Of a DNA stretch of 54,453 nt, positions 44,973 through 54,453 are shown piece after piece. Within the stretch, counting starts at the first letter, position 1, and every line of letters starts with the position of its first letter. The position numbers and the translations under genes are program-made. The notes under the pieces are model-generated. The model was not told where the DNA came from. It saw only the letters and a program-made list of their open reading frames with translations, and did not search any database. The stretch comes from Patescibacteria group bacterium (GTDB lineage: Bacteria; Patescibacteriota; Patescibacteriia; XYB2-FULL-38-15): positions 1 to 54,453 of the forward strand of contig JBAZJZ010000004.1 of NCBI GenBank assembly GCA_041650995.1, given 5' to 3'.

Positions 44973-47900
44973 ATGTACACTCCTCAAAAACCAATTGAAT
45001 TTGACGCGATAAAATTAAAACTCGCGTCTCCGGAAGAAATCCGCTCCTGGTCATACGGCGAAGTGACAAAACCCGAAACTATTAATTATCGCACTCAAAA
45101 ACCGGAAAAAGATGGCTTATTTTCCGAAAAAATTTTTGGTCCGACGCGGGACTGGGAATGTTATTGCGGAAAATACAAAAAGATCCGCTACAAAGGAATT
45201 ATTTGCGACAAGTGCGGAGTGGAAGTAACACACTCTCTTGTTCGCCGGGAAAGAATGGGACACATTGACTTGGCCGTCCCGATTTCTCATATTTGGTTTT
45301 TGAGAGGTGTGCCCTCTAAGATTGGGTTGATTTTAGATTTGTCAGTCCAAAATTTAGAAAAGGTTATTTATTTTGCTAACTTCATCGTAACCTCGGTCAG
45401 GGAAGATTTGAAAGAACAGACAATCCTCGGTCTAAAACAGGAGTTCAAAAACAAGAAAAAAATGATTATGAACGAGGTGGAACGCCAGGTTGCTGTTCTT
45501 CGAAACCAAAAATCGGAAGAAGAAGATGCTTCCAAAATTGAATCTAGAATTGTCCAGGCTACTTTGGACCGAGACGAACGAATTCAGGAACTGGAAGAAG
45601 AATTTAACGGCGCGGAAAAAGAGTTGAAAGAATTAAAAGCGATGAAGATTATTTCAGAAATGACTTACCACGATTTATCTTTGAAATATGGCCATCTTTT
45701 TGAAGCTGGCATCGGCGCCGAGGCTATCCGCCAATTATTGGAAAAAGTTGATCTTGAAAAAGAAATTAAACCCCTGGAAGAAGAATTAAAAACCGCTCAA
45801 GGTATTAAGAAGGATAAACTTATCCGCCGAGTAAAACTTTTCAAGAGTTTGAGGATTAACAAAATCAAGCCAGACTGGATGATTTTAAAAAATGTTCCGA
45901 TTATTCCGCCAGACCTCCGCCCAATGGTGCCATTGGATGGCGGCCGCTTTGCAACATCCGATTTGAATGACCTTTATCGCCGTGTCATCAACCGAAATAA
46001 TCGTTTAAAACGATTAGTGGAACTAAATGCTCCCGAAGTTATTTGTCGCAACGAAAAAAGAATGCTCCAGGAAGCGGTTGATGCTTTAATTGATAACTCC
46101 GCTCGCCACAGCAAAACCGTGGTTGCCTCAACCGGACAGAAAAGAATGTTAAAATCTATTGCTGATGTCTTAAAGGGAAAACAAGGCCGCTTCCGCCAAA
46201 ATCTTTTGGGCAAAAGAATTGATTATTCTGGCCGTTCAGTCATCGTTGTCGGCCCAAGTTTAAAATTACACCAATGCGGTTTGCCAAAAAGAATGGCTCT
46301 CGAACTTTTTAAACCATTTGTCATTCATCATCTAATCGGGCGCGAACTTGTCCACAATGTCCGTTCCGCTTCCCGCTTTATCGAGTCCGGCCGCCCGGAA
46401 GTTTGGGATATTTTAGAAAATATTGTTAAAGATGCTTTTGTTCTCCTAAACCGCGCTCCGACCTTACACCGCTTGGGTATCCAAGCTTTTCAACCAATTT
46501 TAATAGAAGGTAAGGCTATTCAAATTCATCCGCTCGTTTGTACCGCTTTCAATGCCGACTTTGACGGCGATCAAATGGCCGTGCACGTACCGCTCACCGA
46601 AGGCGCCAAAGAGGAAGCAAAAAACCTAATGCTTTCAACCCACAATCTTTTGAAGCCGGCGACCGGCAATCCTATCGCCACGCCGAATAAAGATATTGCC
46701 TGGGGATGTTATTATATGACTGATGCCGGCGAGCCGACGGAAAAAATAAAATTTTTCTCTTCCGCGAAAGACGCCCTGATGGCGCACAATTTTGGACAAA
46801 TTACCCTGCAACAAACAATAAAAGTTAAATGCGACGAAGCGCTTTTGGATAAAGCCAAAAAAGAAAAAATTGAAAATGGGTTTTTGGAAACGACTCTCGG
46901 CAGATTAATTTTGAATCAACACCTGCCGCCTCTTATTCCCTACATTAACGAAGTTACTAACGTAAAAAAGTTAAGTGAGGCCATCAAACTTTGCCTAGAA
47001 TTTTACGGCGAAGAAAAAACCGCTGAAGTTTTGGACGTGCTCAAAGAAACCGGATTTAAATATTTAACTCTTTCCGGCTATTCCTGGGGCATGGATGATC
47101 TCCCAGTCATGGCCGACCGCGAAAAACTTATCAACCGCGGCGACGAAGAAGTTGACACGGTTCAAAAACAATTTGAATCCGGCCTTCTCACTCAAAATGA
47201 ATATCATAATAAAATTATCAGTATCTGGACCACGGTCAAAGATGACATCATTAAATTAACTAAAGAAAGTTTGGATAAACGCGGTCCGGTTTTCTCCATG
47301 ATTGATTCCGGCGCCCGCGGTTCTTGGGGCCAGGTTACTCAGATGATGGGCATGAAGGGTTTGGTGTCTAACCCGGCTGGCGAAATTATTGAATTGCCGG
47401 TGAAAGGAAATTTCAAAGCCGGTTTTGACGTGTTGGAATATTTTATTTCCACGCACGGTACAAGAAAGGGTTTATCCGATACAGCACTCCGTACCGCGAA
47501 CGCCGGTTATTTAACTCGACGCTTAGTGGACGTTGCCCAAGATGTAATCGTTATTCAAGAGGATTGCAAAGATAGTGAGGGTGTCTTGATGACAAAAAAA
47601 GAAAGTGAGGAAATGGGTGAAACTCTGCTTGCGAGAATTTTGGGACGCTTTGCCGCGGAAGACGTTATGGATGAAAAAGGCAAAAAAATCATAGTAAAAA
47701 AGAATGAACTCATCACTGAAGAAATCGGAAGAAAATTAGAAAAACTTGATTTGGAACAAATTCATGTGCGTTCAATTTTGTCCTGCCGCCTCAAAAAGGG
47801 CGTCTGTCAAAAATGTTATGGCTACGATTTAGGCTACAACAAACTTGCGAAACTCGGCTCGCCTGTCGGCGTAGTTGCGGCTCAATCCATCGGCGAACCA

Positions 47901-48875
47901 GGCACCCAGCTTACGATGAGAACCTTCCATACTGGCGGCGTGGCCGGCTTGGATATTACCCAGGGTTTGCCGCGTGTTGAAGAACTTTTTGAAGCGCGCG
48001 CACCAAAACGCAAAGCTTTTATCTCCGATGTTACCGGCGTAGCACAAGTTGAAGAAGACGCAAAAACAATTATCGGCCCAACCGGAGAAATTATTACCAA
48101 AGGAATTCCGGGGCAAAGAAATATAAAAATTAAATACCTTGAAAAAGAAGAAACAAAATATTCAGTCAGTAAAAATAAAAAAACGACCTTCAAAAAAGGA
48201 GACAAGATTGTAGGGGGCGAGCTTCTGGGCTTAGATAAAAACGGAAAAGAAGTTAACGCAGAGCGCGACGGCATGGTTGTGTCTGCCGAAGAAAATTTAG
48301 TGGTCGTAGAAGCTGAAGCGGAAAAAGTTAAAGAATATATTATCCCGCCAGGCTATGTCCTCTGGATAAAAGATGGCGCTGCCGTGGAACGCGGCGATCA
48401 ATTAACTGAGGGCGATTTGGACTTACACCAACTCTTCAGCTTAAAAGGCAAGGAGGCTGTCCAAAAATATTTAACTAAAGAAATTCAACATATTTACACG
48501 TCACAGGGCCAGAAATTAAATGATAAACATATTGAAGTAATGGTCCGACAAATGTTCTCTCGCGTTTATATCAAAGAATCTGGCGATACAGATCTCTTGC
48601 CCGGAGAAATTGTGGAGAAATCACAACTTGAAGAGGCCAATAAACTCGCCAAAGAAAATAAACTTGAACCGGCTGAAGGCGAAGAATTACTTTTAGGCAT
48701 TAGCAAAGTATCTCTCTCCACAGAAAGTTTCTTGTCTGCCGCTTCTTTCCAAGAAACCGCCCGCGTTTTGATTAACGCGGCTATCACCGGAAAAATAGAC
48801 CGCCTTGAAGGCTTAAAAGAAAATGTTATTATCGGCCGCCTCATTCCGGCGGGGACAGGGTTCAAAAAAGAATAG
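44973..48875 (+). CDS. rpoC: DNA-directed RNA polymerase subunit beta'
   Basis: 1300-aa ORF with the zinc motif CYCGKYKKIRYKGIICDKCGVEV, the catalytic NADFDGDQMAVH motif, the trigger-loop region and the C-terminal block ENVIIGRLIPAGTG. Confidence 0.98.
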   Translation: MYTPQKPIEFDAIKLKLASPEEIRSWSYGEVTKPETINYRTQKPEKDGLFSEKIFGPTRDWECYCGKYKKIRYKGIICDKCGVEVTHSLVRRERMGHIDLAVPISHIWFLRGVPSKIGLILDLSVQNLEKVIYFANFIVTSVREDLKEQTILGLKQEFKNKKKMIMNEVERQVAVLRNQKSEEEDASKIESRIVQATLDRDERIQELEEEFNGAEKELKELKAMKIISEMTYHDLSLKYGHLFEAGIGAEAIRQLLEKVDLEKEIKPLEEELKTAQGIKKDKLIRRVKLFKSLRINKIKPDWMILKNVPIIPPDLRPMVPLDGGRFATSDLNDLYRRVINRNNRLKRLVELNAPEVICRNEKRMLQEAVDALIDNSARHSKTVVASTGQKRMLKSIADVLKGKQGRFRQNLLGKRIDYSGRSVIVVGPSLKLHQCGLPKRMALELFKPFVIHHLIGRELVHNVRSASRFIESGRPEVWDILENIVKDAFVLLNRAPTLHRLGIQAFQPILIEGKAIQIHPLVCTAFNADFDGDQMAVHVPLTEGAKEEAKNLMLSTHNLLKPATGNPIATPNKDIAWGCYYMTDAGEPTEKIKFFSSAKDALMAHNFGQITLQQTIKVKCDEALLDKAKKEKIENGFLETTLGRLILNQHLPPLIPYINEVTNVKKLSEAIKLCLEFYGEEKTAEVLDVLKETGFKYLTLSGYSWGMDDLPVMADREKLINRGDEEVDTVQKQFESGLLTQNEYHNKIISIWTTVKDDIIKLTKESLDKRGPVFSMIDSGARGSWGQVTQMMGMKGLVSNPAGEIIELPVKGNFKAGFDVLEYFISTHGTRKGLSDTALRTANAGYLTRRLVDVAQDVIVIQEDCKDSEGVLMTKKESEEMGETLLARILGRFAAEDVMDEKGKKIIVKKNELITEEIGRKLEKLDLEQIHVRSILSCRLKKGVCQKCYGYDLGYNKLAKLGSPVGVVAAQSIGEPGTQLTMRTFHTGGVAGLDITQGLPRVEELFEARAPKRKAFISDVTGVAQVEEDAKTIIGPTGEIITKGIPGQRNIKIKYLEKEETKYSVSKNKKTTFKKGDKIVGGELLGLDKNGKEVNAERDGMVVSAEENLVVVEAEAEKVKEYIIPPGYVLWIKDGAAVERGDQLTEGDLDLHQLFSLKGKEAVQKYLTKEIQHIYTSQGQKLNDKHIEVMVRQMFSRVYIKESGDTDLLPGEIVEKSQLEEANKLAKENKLEPAEGEELLLGISKVSLSTESFLSAASFQETARVLINAAITGKIDRLEGLKENVIIGRLIPAGTGFKKE

Positions 48876-48892
48876 AATTTATCGGACTTAAT

Positions 48893-49624
48893 ATGTCCAG
48901 ACATTCTAAGTGGTCAAAAATAAAACACCAAAAGGGCGCCGCAGATGTAAAAAGGAGCGCCCTTTTTACGCGCCTTTCTAAAAACATTACGCTTGCGGCG
49001 CGTGAGGGAGGAAATGGCGATCCGAAAATGAATTTTAAACTACGCCTCGCGATTGATCAGGCCAAAGCAGTTAATCTTCCGAAAGACACTGTTGATCGGG
49101 CGATTCAAAAAGGAATTGGCGGCGGAGCGGAAGGACAGATTGAACGCGTCCAATATGAAGGATTTCTCCCCGGCGGGGCGGCGATTATTATCGAATCTTT
49201 AACCGACAACCGCAATCGAACAAGCGGCATCGTAAAAAACATTCTCGGAAAAAATGGCGGCAACATGGGTCTGCCAAATTCCGTGGCCTGGATGTTTTCA
49301 CGGAAGGGTGTGATAAAAATTTCAAACTACAAAAATTTTATCCCAAATCTTGATGAGTTTCAGTTGAAGATGATTGACCTCGGTGCCGATGATTTTGAAA
49401 CCGAGGAAGAAGATTTAATAATTTATACCGCGCCGGAAAATATGGAAAATTTGCGCGAAGGATTGGAAAAAGAACAAATCACGCCTGAGGAAATAGAAAC
49501 TGAGTTCGTAGCGAAAGAAAAAATTAACGTCGCCGATCCGACGCAAAAAGAAAAAATTGAAAATTTATTGAACGAACTGGATGAAAGTGAAGATGTTGAT
49601 AATTACTACACCAATCTCGAATAA
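48893..49624 (+). CDS. yebC: YebC/PmpR family DNA-binding transcriptional regulator
   Basis: 243-aa ORF starting MSRHSKWSKIKHQKGAADVKRSALFTRLSK, with the block YEGFLPGGAAIIIESLTDNRNRT. Confidence 0.93.
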   Translation: MSRHSKWSKIKHQKGAADVKRSALFTRLSKNITLAAREGGNGDPKMNFKLRLAIDQAKAVNLPKDTVDRAIQKGIGGGAEGQIERVQYEGFLPGGAAIIIESLTDNRNRTSGIVKNILGKNGGNMGLPNSVAWMFSRKGVIKISNYKNFIPNLDEFQLKMIDLGADDFETEEEDLIIYTAPENMENLREGLEKEQITPEEIETEFVAKEKINVADPTQKEKIENLLNELDESEDVDNYYTNLE

Positions 49625-49727
49625 AATTAAATTCGCAAAAATAAAAATTCCATCCGACGTGGTGGAATTTTTTGTTGCTATCAAGTTGTCATCCCCGACC
49701 TGATTGGGGATCCGGAAGTTTTTCAAC

Positions 49728-49922
49728 CTACTCCAAAATTTCTTGTACTCGCCCGACCTGACCGTCTTCTAATCTAACTTTTATTCCGCGCGGATGATGC
49801 GACGAAGGCGTCAAAACCTCTCCCACAACACCTTCAGTCAACTCTCCGGTCGGCTGATCTTTTTTTAAAACAACTTTTACGCGCAGTCCTGGTTTTATAT
49901 CGTCTCGATTAGTTGGATCCAT
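49728..49922 (-). CDS. ywbE: YwbE family protein
   Basis: 64-aa ORF: RDDIKPGLRVKVVLKKDQPTGELTEGVVGEVLTPSSHHPRGIKVRLEDGQVGRVQ. Confidence 0.85.
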   Translation of the reverse strand: MDPTNRDDIKPGLRVKVVLKKDQPTGELTEGVVGEVLTPSSHHPRGIKVRLEDGQVGRVQEILE

Positions 49923-49930
49923 ATAAACTT

Positions 49931-50137
49931 TTATTTTGAATATTTTTTTATAGTGTTCTCAAGAGTTTTTTTGGCTCCTGGGTCTTGTATTGTGTCCAAA
50001 GCTTTTTTTGCTTCTTCTATATAAAACTCCCTTATATTATTTTTACTCAAATCTTCGCAGGGATTTTCAATGTGGTTAATCAGAAATAAAACTAATTCTA
50101 GGTCTGTCGCCTCTTCTTTTCTTTCAAAATTTTCCAT
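49931..50137 (-). CDS. Hypothetical small protein
   Basis: 68-aa ORF, helical and charged, 8 nt upstream of ywbE on the same strand. Confidence 0.5.
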   Translation of the reverse strand: MENFERKEEATDLELVLFLINHIENPCEDLSKNNIREFYIEEAKKALDTIQDPGAKKTLENTIKKYSK

Positions 50138-50161
50138 ATTAATTTTTTTCTCTAATTGGGT

Positions 50162-50581
50162 TTATTTATGTTTTAATTTTTTCGTGATCCAACTTGCGCA
50201 AACCGCGACGATCGCGCCAAGCATGATATTTTCTAAAATTATAATTGCTATTGTCAAAAAATATGAAACCCCAAAAGGAACTGAAATTCCAAGAATGGAT
50301 TTTTTAAAGTATGTGCTACTGATAAAAGCTGCTAAAGAAAAAATTGATGACGATGTAAGTCCCAAAATGCCCCCATAAAGCGCTGATTTTCCCAGTCCTT
50401 TTTCATAAAAAGCTACTCCCATCCAAATAATCACCGCTAATTTTACCAAAGTAAAAAAAATACCGCCAAGCGAATATGATGATAGCGGCGGCAATATCTC
50501 AAAAAAGATTAGAGCAGATTCGATTAAAGACAAAACCGCGACGAGCAAAACAAAATGTACGATGGTTAGTTTTCTTTTCAT
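50162..50581 (-). CDS. Hypothetical 4-TM membrane protein
   Basis: 139-aa hydrophobic ORF with no recognisable motif. Confidence 0.6.
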   Translation of the reverse strand: MKRKLTIVHFVLLVAVLSLIESALIFFEILPPLSSYSLGGIFFTLVKLAVIIWMGVAFYEKGLGKSALYGGILGLTSSSIFSLAAFISSTYFKKSILGISVPFGVSYFLTIAIIILENIMLGAIVAVCASWITKKLKHK

Positions 50582-50643
50582 AACTGTTTACTTTCTTTAT
50601 ATATTGATAGTTTTAAATTATGTAACTATTTCAGCTAACGTTT

Positions 50644-50757
50644 CGGCATATACGATGTTTGCTTGCGAGTCTGCCTGTATAATATTTCTTACAGGCAAAG
50701 CGAGCAAGCAAATATGGGCGAAGCGACGAGGTACGAGGAGCGTAGCCGTATATGCCG
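50644..50757. other. ~115-nt nested-hairpin element (candidate structured RNA or DNA element)
   Basis: The perfect 11-bp outer stem is CGGCATATACG (50644-50654) / CGTATATGCCG (50747-50757). The inner hairpin has TTTGCTTGC/GCAAGCAAA and TGCCTGTA/TACAGGCA helices around a TAATATTTCT loop. Confidence 0.5.
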
Positions 50758-50758
50758 T

Positions 50759-50807
50759 GTTATGTGATGTTGACTTTTCATTTCTATCAATTTTCAGGGC
50801 TATTTTT
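50759..50807. repeat. Left arm of an inverted repeat flanking the MFS gene (overlaps its last 7 codons)
   Basis: TGTTATGTGAtgTTGACTTTTCATTTCTatCAATTTTCAGGGCTATTTTT. The reverse complement of 51956-52015 matches in blocks of 10, 16 and 20 nt, with one ~10-nt indel. Confidence 0.8.
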
Positions 50808-51947
50808 CCTTGTGAATAATAGATAGAACAATCCTACAAACATCATAATTATCCCAAATACAATAAAGCTGTTGCGGTAATCGCTGGTCTGAGCAATAAA
50901 ACCTACAGCGAAATAAATTACCAAAGCTTTTGTTTCAAGAAAAAAACCTTTTACAGAGGAAATGGTGGCGCGCGTTTCTGAAGGAATTGCATGTTGCAAT
51001 TTACCCTCAAAGATTGTTTGGACAATGCCGTTTGGTAATGCAAACAGAATTATGAGAAGGAGTGCTGGCACAGTGAATAAATAACCGGCGAGCAAGAGCA
51101 ATAGTCCACTAAGTATAAATAGAAAATAGAACCATTCAGTTTTTAGGCTTTCGAAACGATAGGCGACAAAACTTGCGAGCCCCTCTATTCCAGTAATAAG
51201 TGCGATAAATATTCCAATGCCATATGTGGGCAAACCAGCACGATCTGCAAAAATAGAATAAAATTCCTCTAGCGCGCCACCAAAAGCGAAGGCCAGCGAT
51301 GTAAAAAATAAAAGTTTGAAGACAACAGCATTTTTAAAGACATCACTTAAACCTTTTTTAAGAATAGAAAAATATTCTTTTTCGTGAGTTGATTCGGTTT
51401 TGTGCGCTTTGGGAAGAAAAACAATTATTAGTCCAGCGAGCAAAACAGCAATACTGCTTAGAATGAGAATGAAGTGATAGCCAAGTAATATAGCAGGTGA
51501 TGCAAGTACAGATGCTGAAAGAATTGCGATAAATGACAATGTGCGAGTTCTGCCGTAGATTTTGGTAAACTGTTTTTCTTCCCCAAACTTTTTCAATTCG
51601 TCGTATAATAACGCTTCATATGTTCCGGAACTTAATGCGCTTTCTATGCCCCAAAGCACAAAACCGATAAGGAAGCCGATAAAATTGGGGAATAAAATCC
51701 ATGTGATAAAAGCAAATGTGCGTATGAATTGCCCCACGAAAAGAATATTTTTTCGTGAATATTTATCAGCCAAAACTCCTGAAGGAACTTCTAATAAAAA
51801 TGCTGTTGTCGACCAGACCGCAAGCAGTGTTGCAATTTGCCACGGTTCCATTCCGAAGTCAGAAAACATTACCGCATACAGCGGATAAATCAGCACAAAG
51901 TCAGCGAAGAAAGTGTAAGCGTAGATTTTAGCAAGAAATTTTTTCAT
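50787..51947 (-). CDS. MFS transporter
   Basis: 386-aa ORF with about 11-12 TM helices and an MFS loop motif (GVLADKYSRKN). Confidence 0.85.
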   Translation of the reverse strand: MKKFLAKIYAYTFFADFVLIYPLYAVMFSDFGMEPWQIATLLAVWSTTAFLLEVPSGVLADKYSRKNILFVGQFIRTFAFITWILFPNFIGFLIGFVLWGIESALSSGTYEALLYDELKKFGEEKQFTKIYGRTRTLSFIAILSASVLASPAILLGYHFILILSSIAVLLAGLIIVFLPKAHKTESTHEKEYFSILKKGLSDVFKNAVVFKLLFFTSLAFAFGGALEEFYSIFADRAGLPTYGIGIFIALITGIEGLASFVAYRFESLKTEWFYFLFILSGLLLLLAGYLFTVPALLLIILFALPNGIVQTIFEGKLQHAIPSETRATISSVKGFFLETKALVIYFAVGFIAQTSDYRNSFIVFGIIMMFVGLFYLLFTRKNSPEN

Positions 51948-51955
51948 GTTGTTAG

Positions 51956-52015
51956 AAAAATAGCCCTGAAAATTGGTTTTTACAAAAAGAAATGAAAAGT
52001 CAATGTCACATAACA
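51956..52015. repeat. Right arm of the inverted repeat flanking the MFS gene (in its 5' upstream region)
   Basis: AAAAATAGCCCTGAAAATTG...AGAAATGAAAAGTCAA..TCACATAACA. Confidence 0.8.
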
Positions 52016-52095
52016 GGTGTTATCTAAACTAGACAGTTTTTATTTTAAACTTAGCCAAAAATTATTAAAGATTATACAATCAGAAACATTCTTGA

Positions 52096-54453
52096 TTACA
52101 ACACCGTCACGGAAATGGGACGGCTGCGGGAGGTGGAGCCGGATTTATCTGTCACTTCGGAATAAAGTTGATACGAGCCTGGCGTGGGAGTGGCGCTCCA
52201 GCGGAAAGTGAAAATGCCTTCGGCTGGGGTGGAATATGTTTTTAATAATTCCGGTTCGCCAGAGCTTTTGGCGTAAAAAGAAATTTCCGTGATATCGGCA
52301 ATGTCCGGAGTTTCGGCAGTGACTGAGAGCGGGAACATTGAAGCGTAGAAGCTCGCGCCGTTTCGTGGAGCGGTAAAAGTAATTTGCGGCGGTAATTCTT
52401 CTGCCAAAAGATTAAAATTAATTTCCGCGGAATTGAAATCGTCAATATCGTCGTAAGCCGTGGCGCGCAGAGTATGAAATCCATTTGAAATGGAATTCGG
52501 GATTATGAGATTCGCGGTGAACGGCGCGGTGTTGGACATCCCCACCTTTTGTTCGTCAACAAAATATTCCACGCGGGAAATTATTCCTCGCGGGGCGGAG
52601 ACAGTTACAGAGGCGGTGGCTTCGCGCGAATTAATCGTGCCGTTCGGAGCGGGATAGGTAATGGAAATAGTTGGTTTGTTTTGCGGCAAATGGATATCGT
52701 CGTAGCCGGTTGGAAGTTCCTGAGTATTAATTGTATATCCTTGCTCCTCGGCCCATTTGGCAATTGGCGCTTCCCAATTGGCAAATTGCGGATCGGACGC
52801 GGGGTTTTCCGGCGGCGGGCCCTTTGGGTTTTCTTTATTTACATAGAATAAAATTGTATGGACTTCACGGAACTTTTTTTCTTCAATCGTGGTCGGCGGG
52901 GTATTTTCCGTCGCCAGTTTTCCCGAAATTCGGTCAATTTTTACTACTGTTTCCGCGCCAAGTTCGCCTTTTAAAATCGGTTTATCGGTTTCGGTCGGTT
53001 CTGGCGCAGTAAAATATTCCACGGGCGTATCTTTTAGCGCTTTTTTCATAAAGGAATTCCAAATCGGAGCGGCGACAAAGACTCCGTCAGCGCCGCGTTT
53101 CATTTCCTTGTTATCGTTATTGCCTGCCCAGACTCCGGCGACGAGCGATGGAGTATAACCCATTGTCCAGCCGTCGCGCCAGTCGTTTGTCGTACCAGTT
53201 TTTGCCCCAACCGGCCGGCCAGGCAAAGTGAGCGGACCGCCCGCACCGAAAATATAAGAGCGCGCCGCGTCATCAGACATTACGCTTTGAATTTGCCGCG
53301 CGGTTTGCCGAGACACTACCTCTTTTCCTTTGTCTTCTTTCCATTCTTCAAGCACTTGGCCTTTGGCATCTTCAATTTTTAAAATCAGAGTAGTATCATG
53401 CAGCACTCCGTCGGCTGCAAAAACGCCGAAAGCGGCGGTATGTTCCAGGAGTCGCACTTCGCCACCGCCCAAAACGAGAGACAAGCCAAAACGAGAACGA
53501 TCATTTAAAGTTGTATAGCCCATGGCTTGCGCCAAATTTAAGACATTGTCAATTCCCGCGAGATATAAAGTTTTGACCGCAGGAATATTTAAGGATCCCG
53601 CCATCGCGCTTCGCATGGAAACCGGCCCGTGTTCTTTATCATCATAATTGTGTGGGACATAATCTTTAGTGTCAGTTTTAAAAGTCGTAACCAAATCAAA
53701 AAGCGTGGTTTCCGGAGTGAAACCTTTCTGAAAAGCCGTGGCATAAGCGATCGGTTTGAAAGAGGAGCCGGGCTGGCGGAGCCGAAGCGAGACATTTACA
53801 TTTGGTTCGAATTTACAATTTTTTCCGGGGTCGCATCCTTCAGGTTCGGGATCGGCAAAATAATCTTTTGAACCAACCATAGCCAGAACTTGTCCGGTTT
53901 TTGGATCAATGGCCACAAGCGCGGCGTTCCAAGCGTTATATTTAGTGGAATTTTTTTCCGCGTTTTCATCAATTGCCTCTTCAGCAAATTTTTGTTTGTC
54001 AAAATCAAGCGAGGTGTAAACTTTTAAGCCGCCCTGTTCCACAATTTTTTCGCCGTATTTTTCCGTAAGTAATTCTTTAACATACATTACAAAATGCGGA
54101 GCAGTGATTGATTCTTTTTTAGCAACGACTCTACTTAAGATGTCAATTTTTTTTGCTTCTTCGGCTTCTTCTTCTGTGATGTATCCTTCCTCCGCCATGC
54201 TATCTAAGATATATTTTTGGCGGTCGAGAAGATCGTCTGTGTGACTACCGTGGGGAGAATAATAAGTTGAGGCTTTGGGCACGGCCGCCAAAGTTGCTGC
54301 TTCAGCGAGATCTAAATCCTCGGCGTTCTTGCCAAAATAAGTTTGAGCCGCGGATTGGATGCCATAAGCGGTTGAGCCGTAAGGAATTTCATTAAAGTAC
54401 ATTTTTAAAATTTGGTCTTTGGAAAATTTTCTTTCGATTTGGATAGAGAGGGC
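52096..54453 (-). CDS. Penicillin-binding protein 1A family (GT51 transglycosylase + transpeptidase) with C-terminal Ig-like extensions; the N-terminus lies outside the window
   Basis: The frame stays open to the window end (ALSIQIERKFSKDQILKMYFNEIPYG). The transpeptidase motifs are SSFKP, SLN and KTGTT. The C-terminal ~200 aa is beta-rich and repeat-like. Confidence 0.9.
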   Translation of the reverse strand, partial: ALSIQIERKFSKDQILKMYFNEIPYGSTAYGIQSAAQTYFGKNAEDLDLAEAATLAAVPKASTYYSPHGSHTDDLLDRQKYILDSMAEEGYITEEEAEEAKKIDILSRVVAKKESITAPHFVMYVKELLTEKYGEKIVEQGGLKVYTSLDFDKQKFAEEAIDENAEKNSTKYNAWNAALVAIDPKTGQVLAMVGSKDYFADPEPEGCDPGKNCKFEPNVNVSLRLRQPGSSFKPIAYATAFQKGFTPETTLFDLVTTFKTDTKDYVPHNYDDKEHGPVSMRSAMAGSLNIPAVKTLYLAGIDNVLNLAQAMGYTTLNDRSRFGLSLVLGGGEVRLLEHTAAFGVFAADGVLHDTTLILKIEDAKGQVLEEWKEDKGKEVVSRQTARQIQSVMSDDAARSYIFGAGGPLTLPGRPVGAKTGTTNDWRDGWTMGYTPSLVAGVWAGNNDNKEMKRGADGVFVAAPIWNSFMKKALKDTPVEYFTAPEPTETDKPILKGELGAETVVKIDRISGKLATENTPPTTIEEKKFREVHTILFYVNKENPKGPPPENPASDPQFANWEAPIAKWAEEQGYTINTQELPTGYDDIHLPQNKPTISITYPAPNGTINSREATASVTVSAPRGIISRVEYFVDEQKVGMSNTAPFTANLIIPNSISNGFHTLRATAYDDIDDFNSAEINFNLLAEELPPQITFTAPRNGASFYASMFPLSVTAETPDIADITEISFYAKSSGEPELLKTYSTPAEGIFTFRWSATPTPGSYQLYSEVTDKSGSTSRSRPISVTVL

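Overview
This is a 54.5-kb chromosomal segment. Hand sampling gives about 40% GC in coding stretches and less in spacers. Gene content and layout look like a reduced-genome Patescibacteria/CPR (Parcubacteria-like) bacterium; that assignment is inference and no search was run. Housekeeping content: the 5' 1.5 kb of a 23S rRNA with no 16S next to it, four tRNAs (Leu-TAG, Gly-GCC, Leu-TAA, Ser-CGA), polX, ruvB, typA, galU, rpoB-rpoC, yebC, a SpoIID-like protein and a partial PBP1A. Much of the rest encodes cell-envelope or surface proteins: a CHASE2 adenylate cyclase with a FecR-like partner, a frameshifted giant lamin-tail-domain protein, a sortase with an LPSTG substrate, and a flippase with an O-antigen-ligase-like protein. 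Most notable observations: (1) A 4.8-kb tandem array (35230-40036) holds nine secreted paralogs. They share a TrbC/VirB2-like two-helix C-terminal module under highly divergent, partly Cys-rich heads, and no secretion machinery is in the window. (2) Three gene-sized islands of about 60-65% GC (about 5.7-6.1 kb, 22.6-23.4 kb, 40.1-41.1 kb) encode membrane proteins or lipoproteins. Each sits behind an AT-rich host-type promoter, and two of them share an identical 24-nt signal-peptide segment. (3) A low-GC 4.9-kb kinase/PHP/nucleotidyltransferase/glycosyltransferase/UDP-xylose-synthase island is bracketed by a duplicated typA promoter-leader. (4) Inverted GTAATT octamer arrays bracket a four-helix-bundle gene, and a gene-less copy lies 1.4 kb upstream. 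(5) Two possible slippage sites: a T7 run that splits the LTD gene, and a heptanucleotide repeat inside the O-antigen-ligase-like gene. (6) About 50-60-bp inverted repeats flank an MFS gene, next to a roughly 115-nt structured element. No CRISPR array, transposase, integrase or reverse transcriptase was seen. All homology calls come from motif recognition by eye. GC values are hand counts on sampled stretches.
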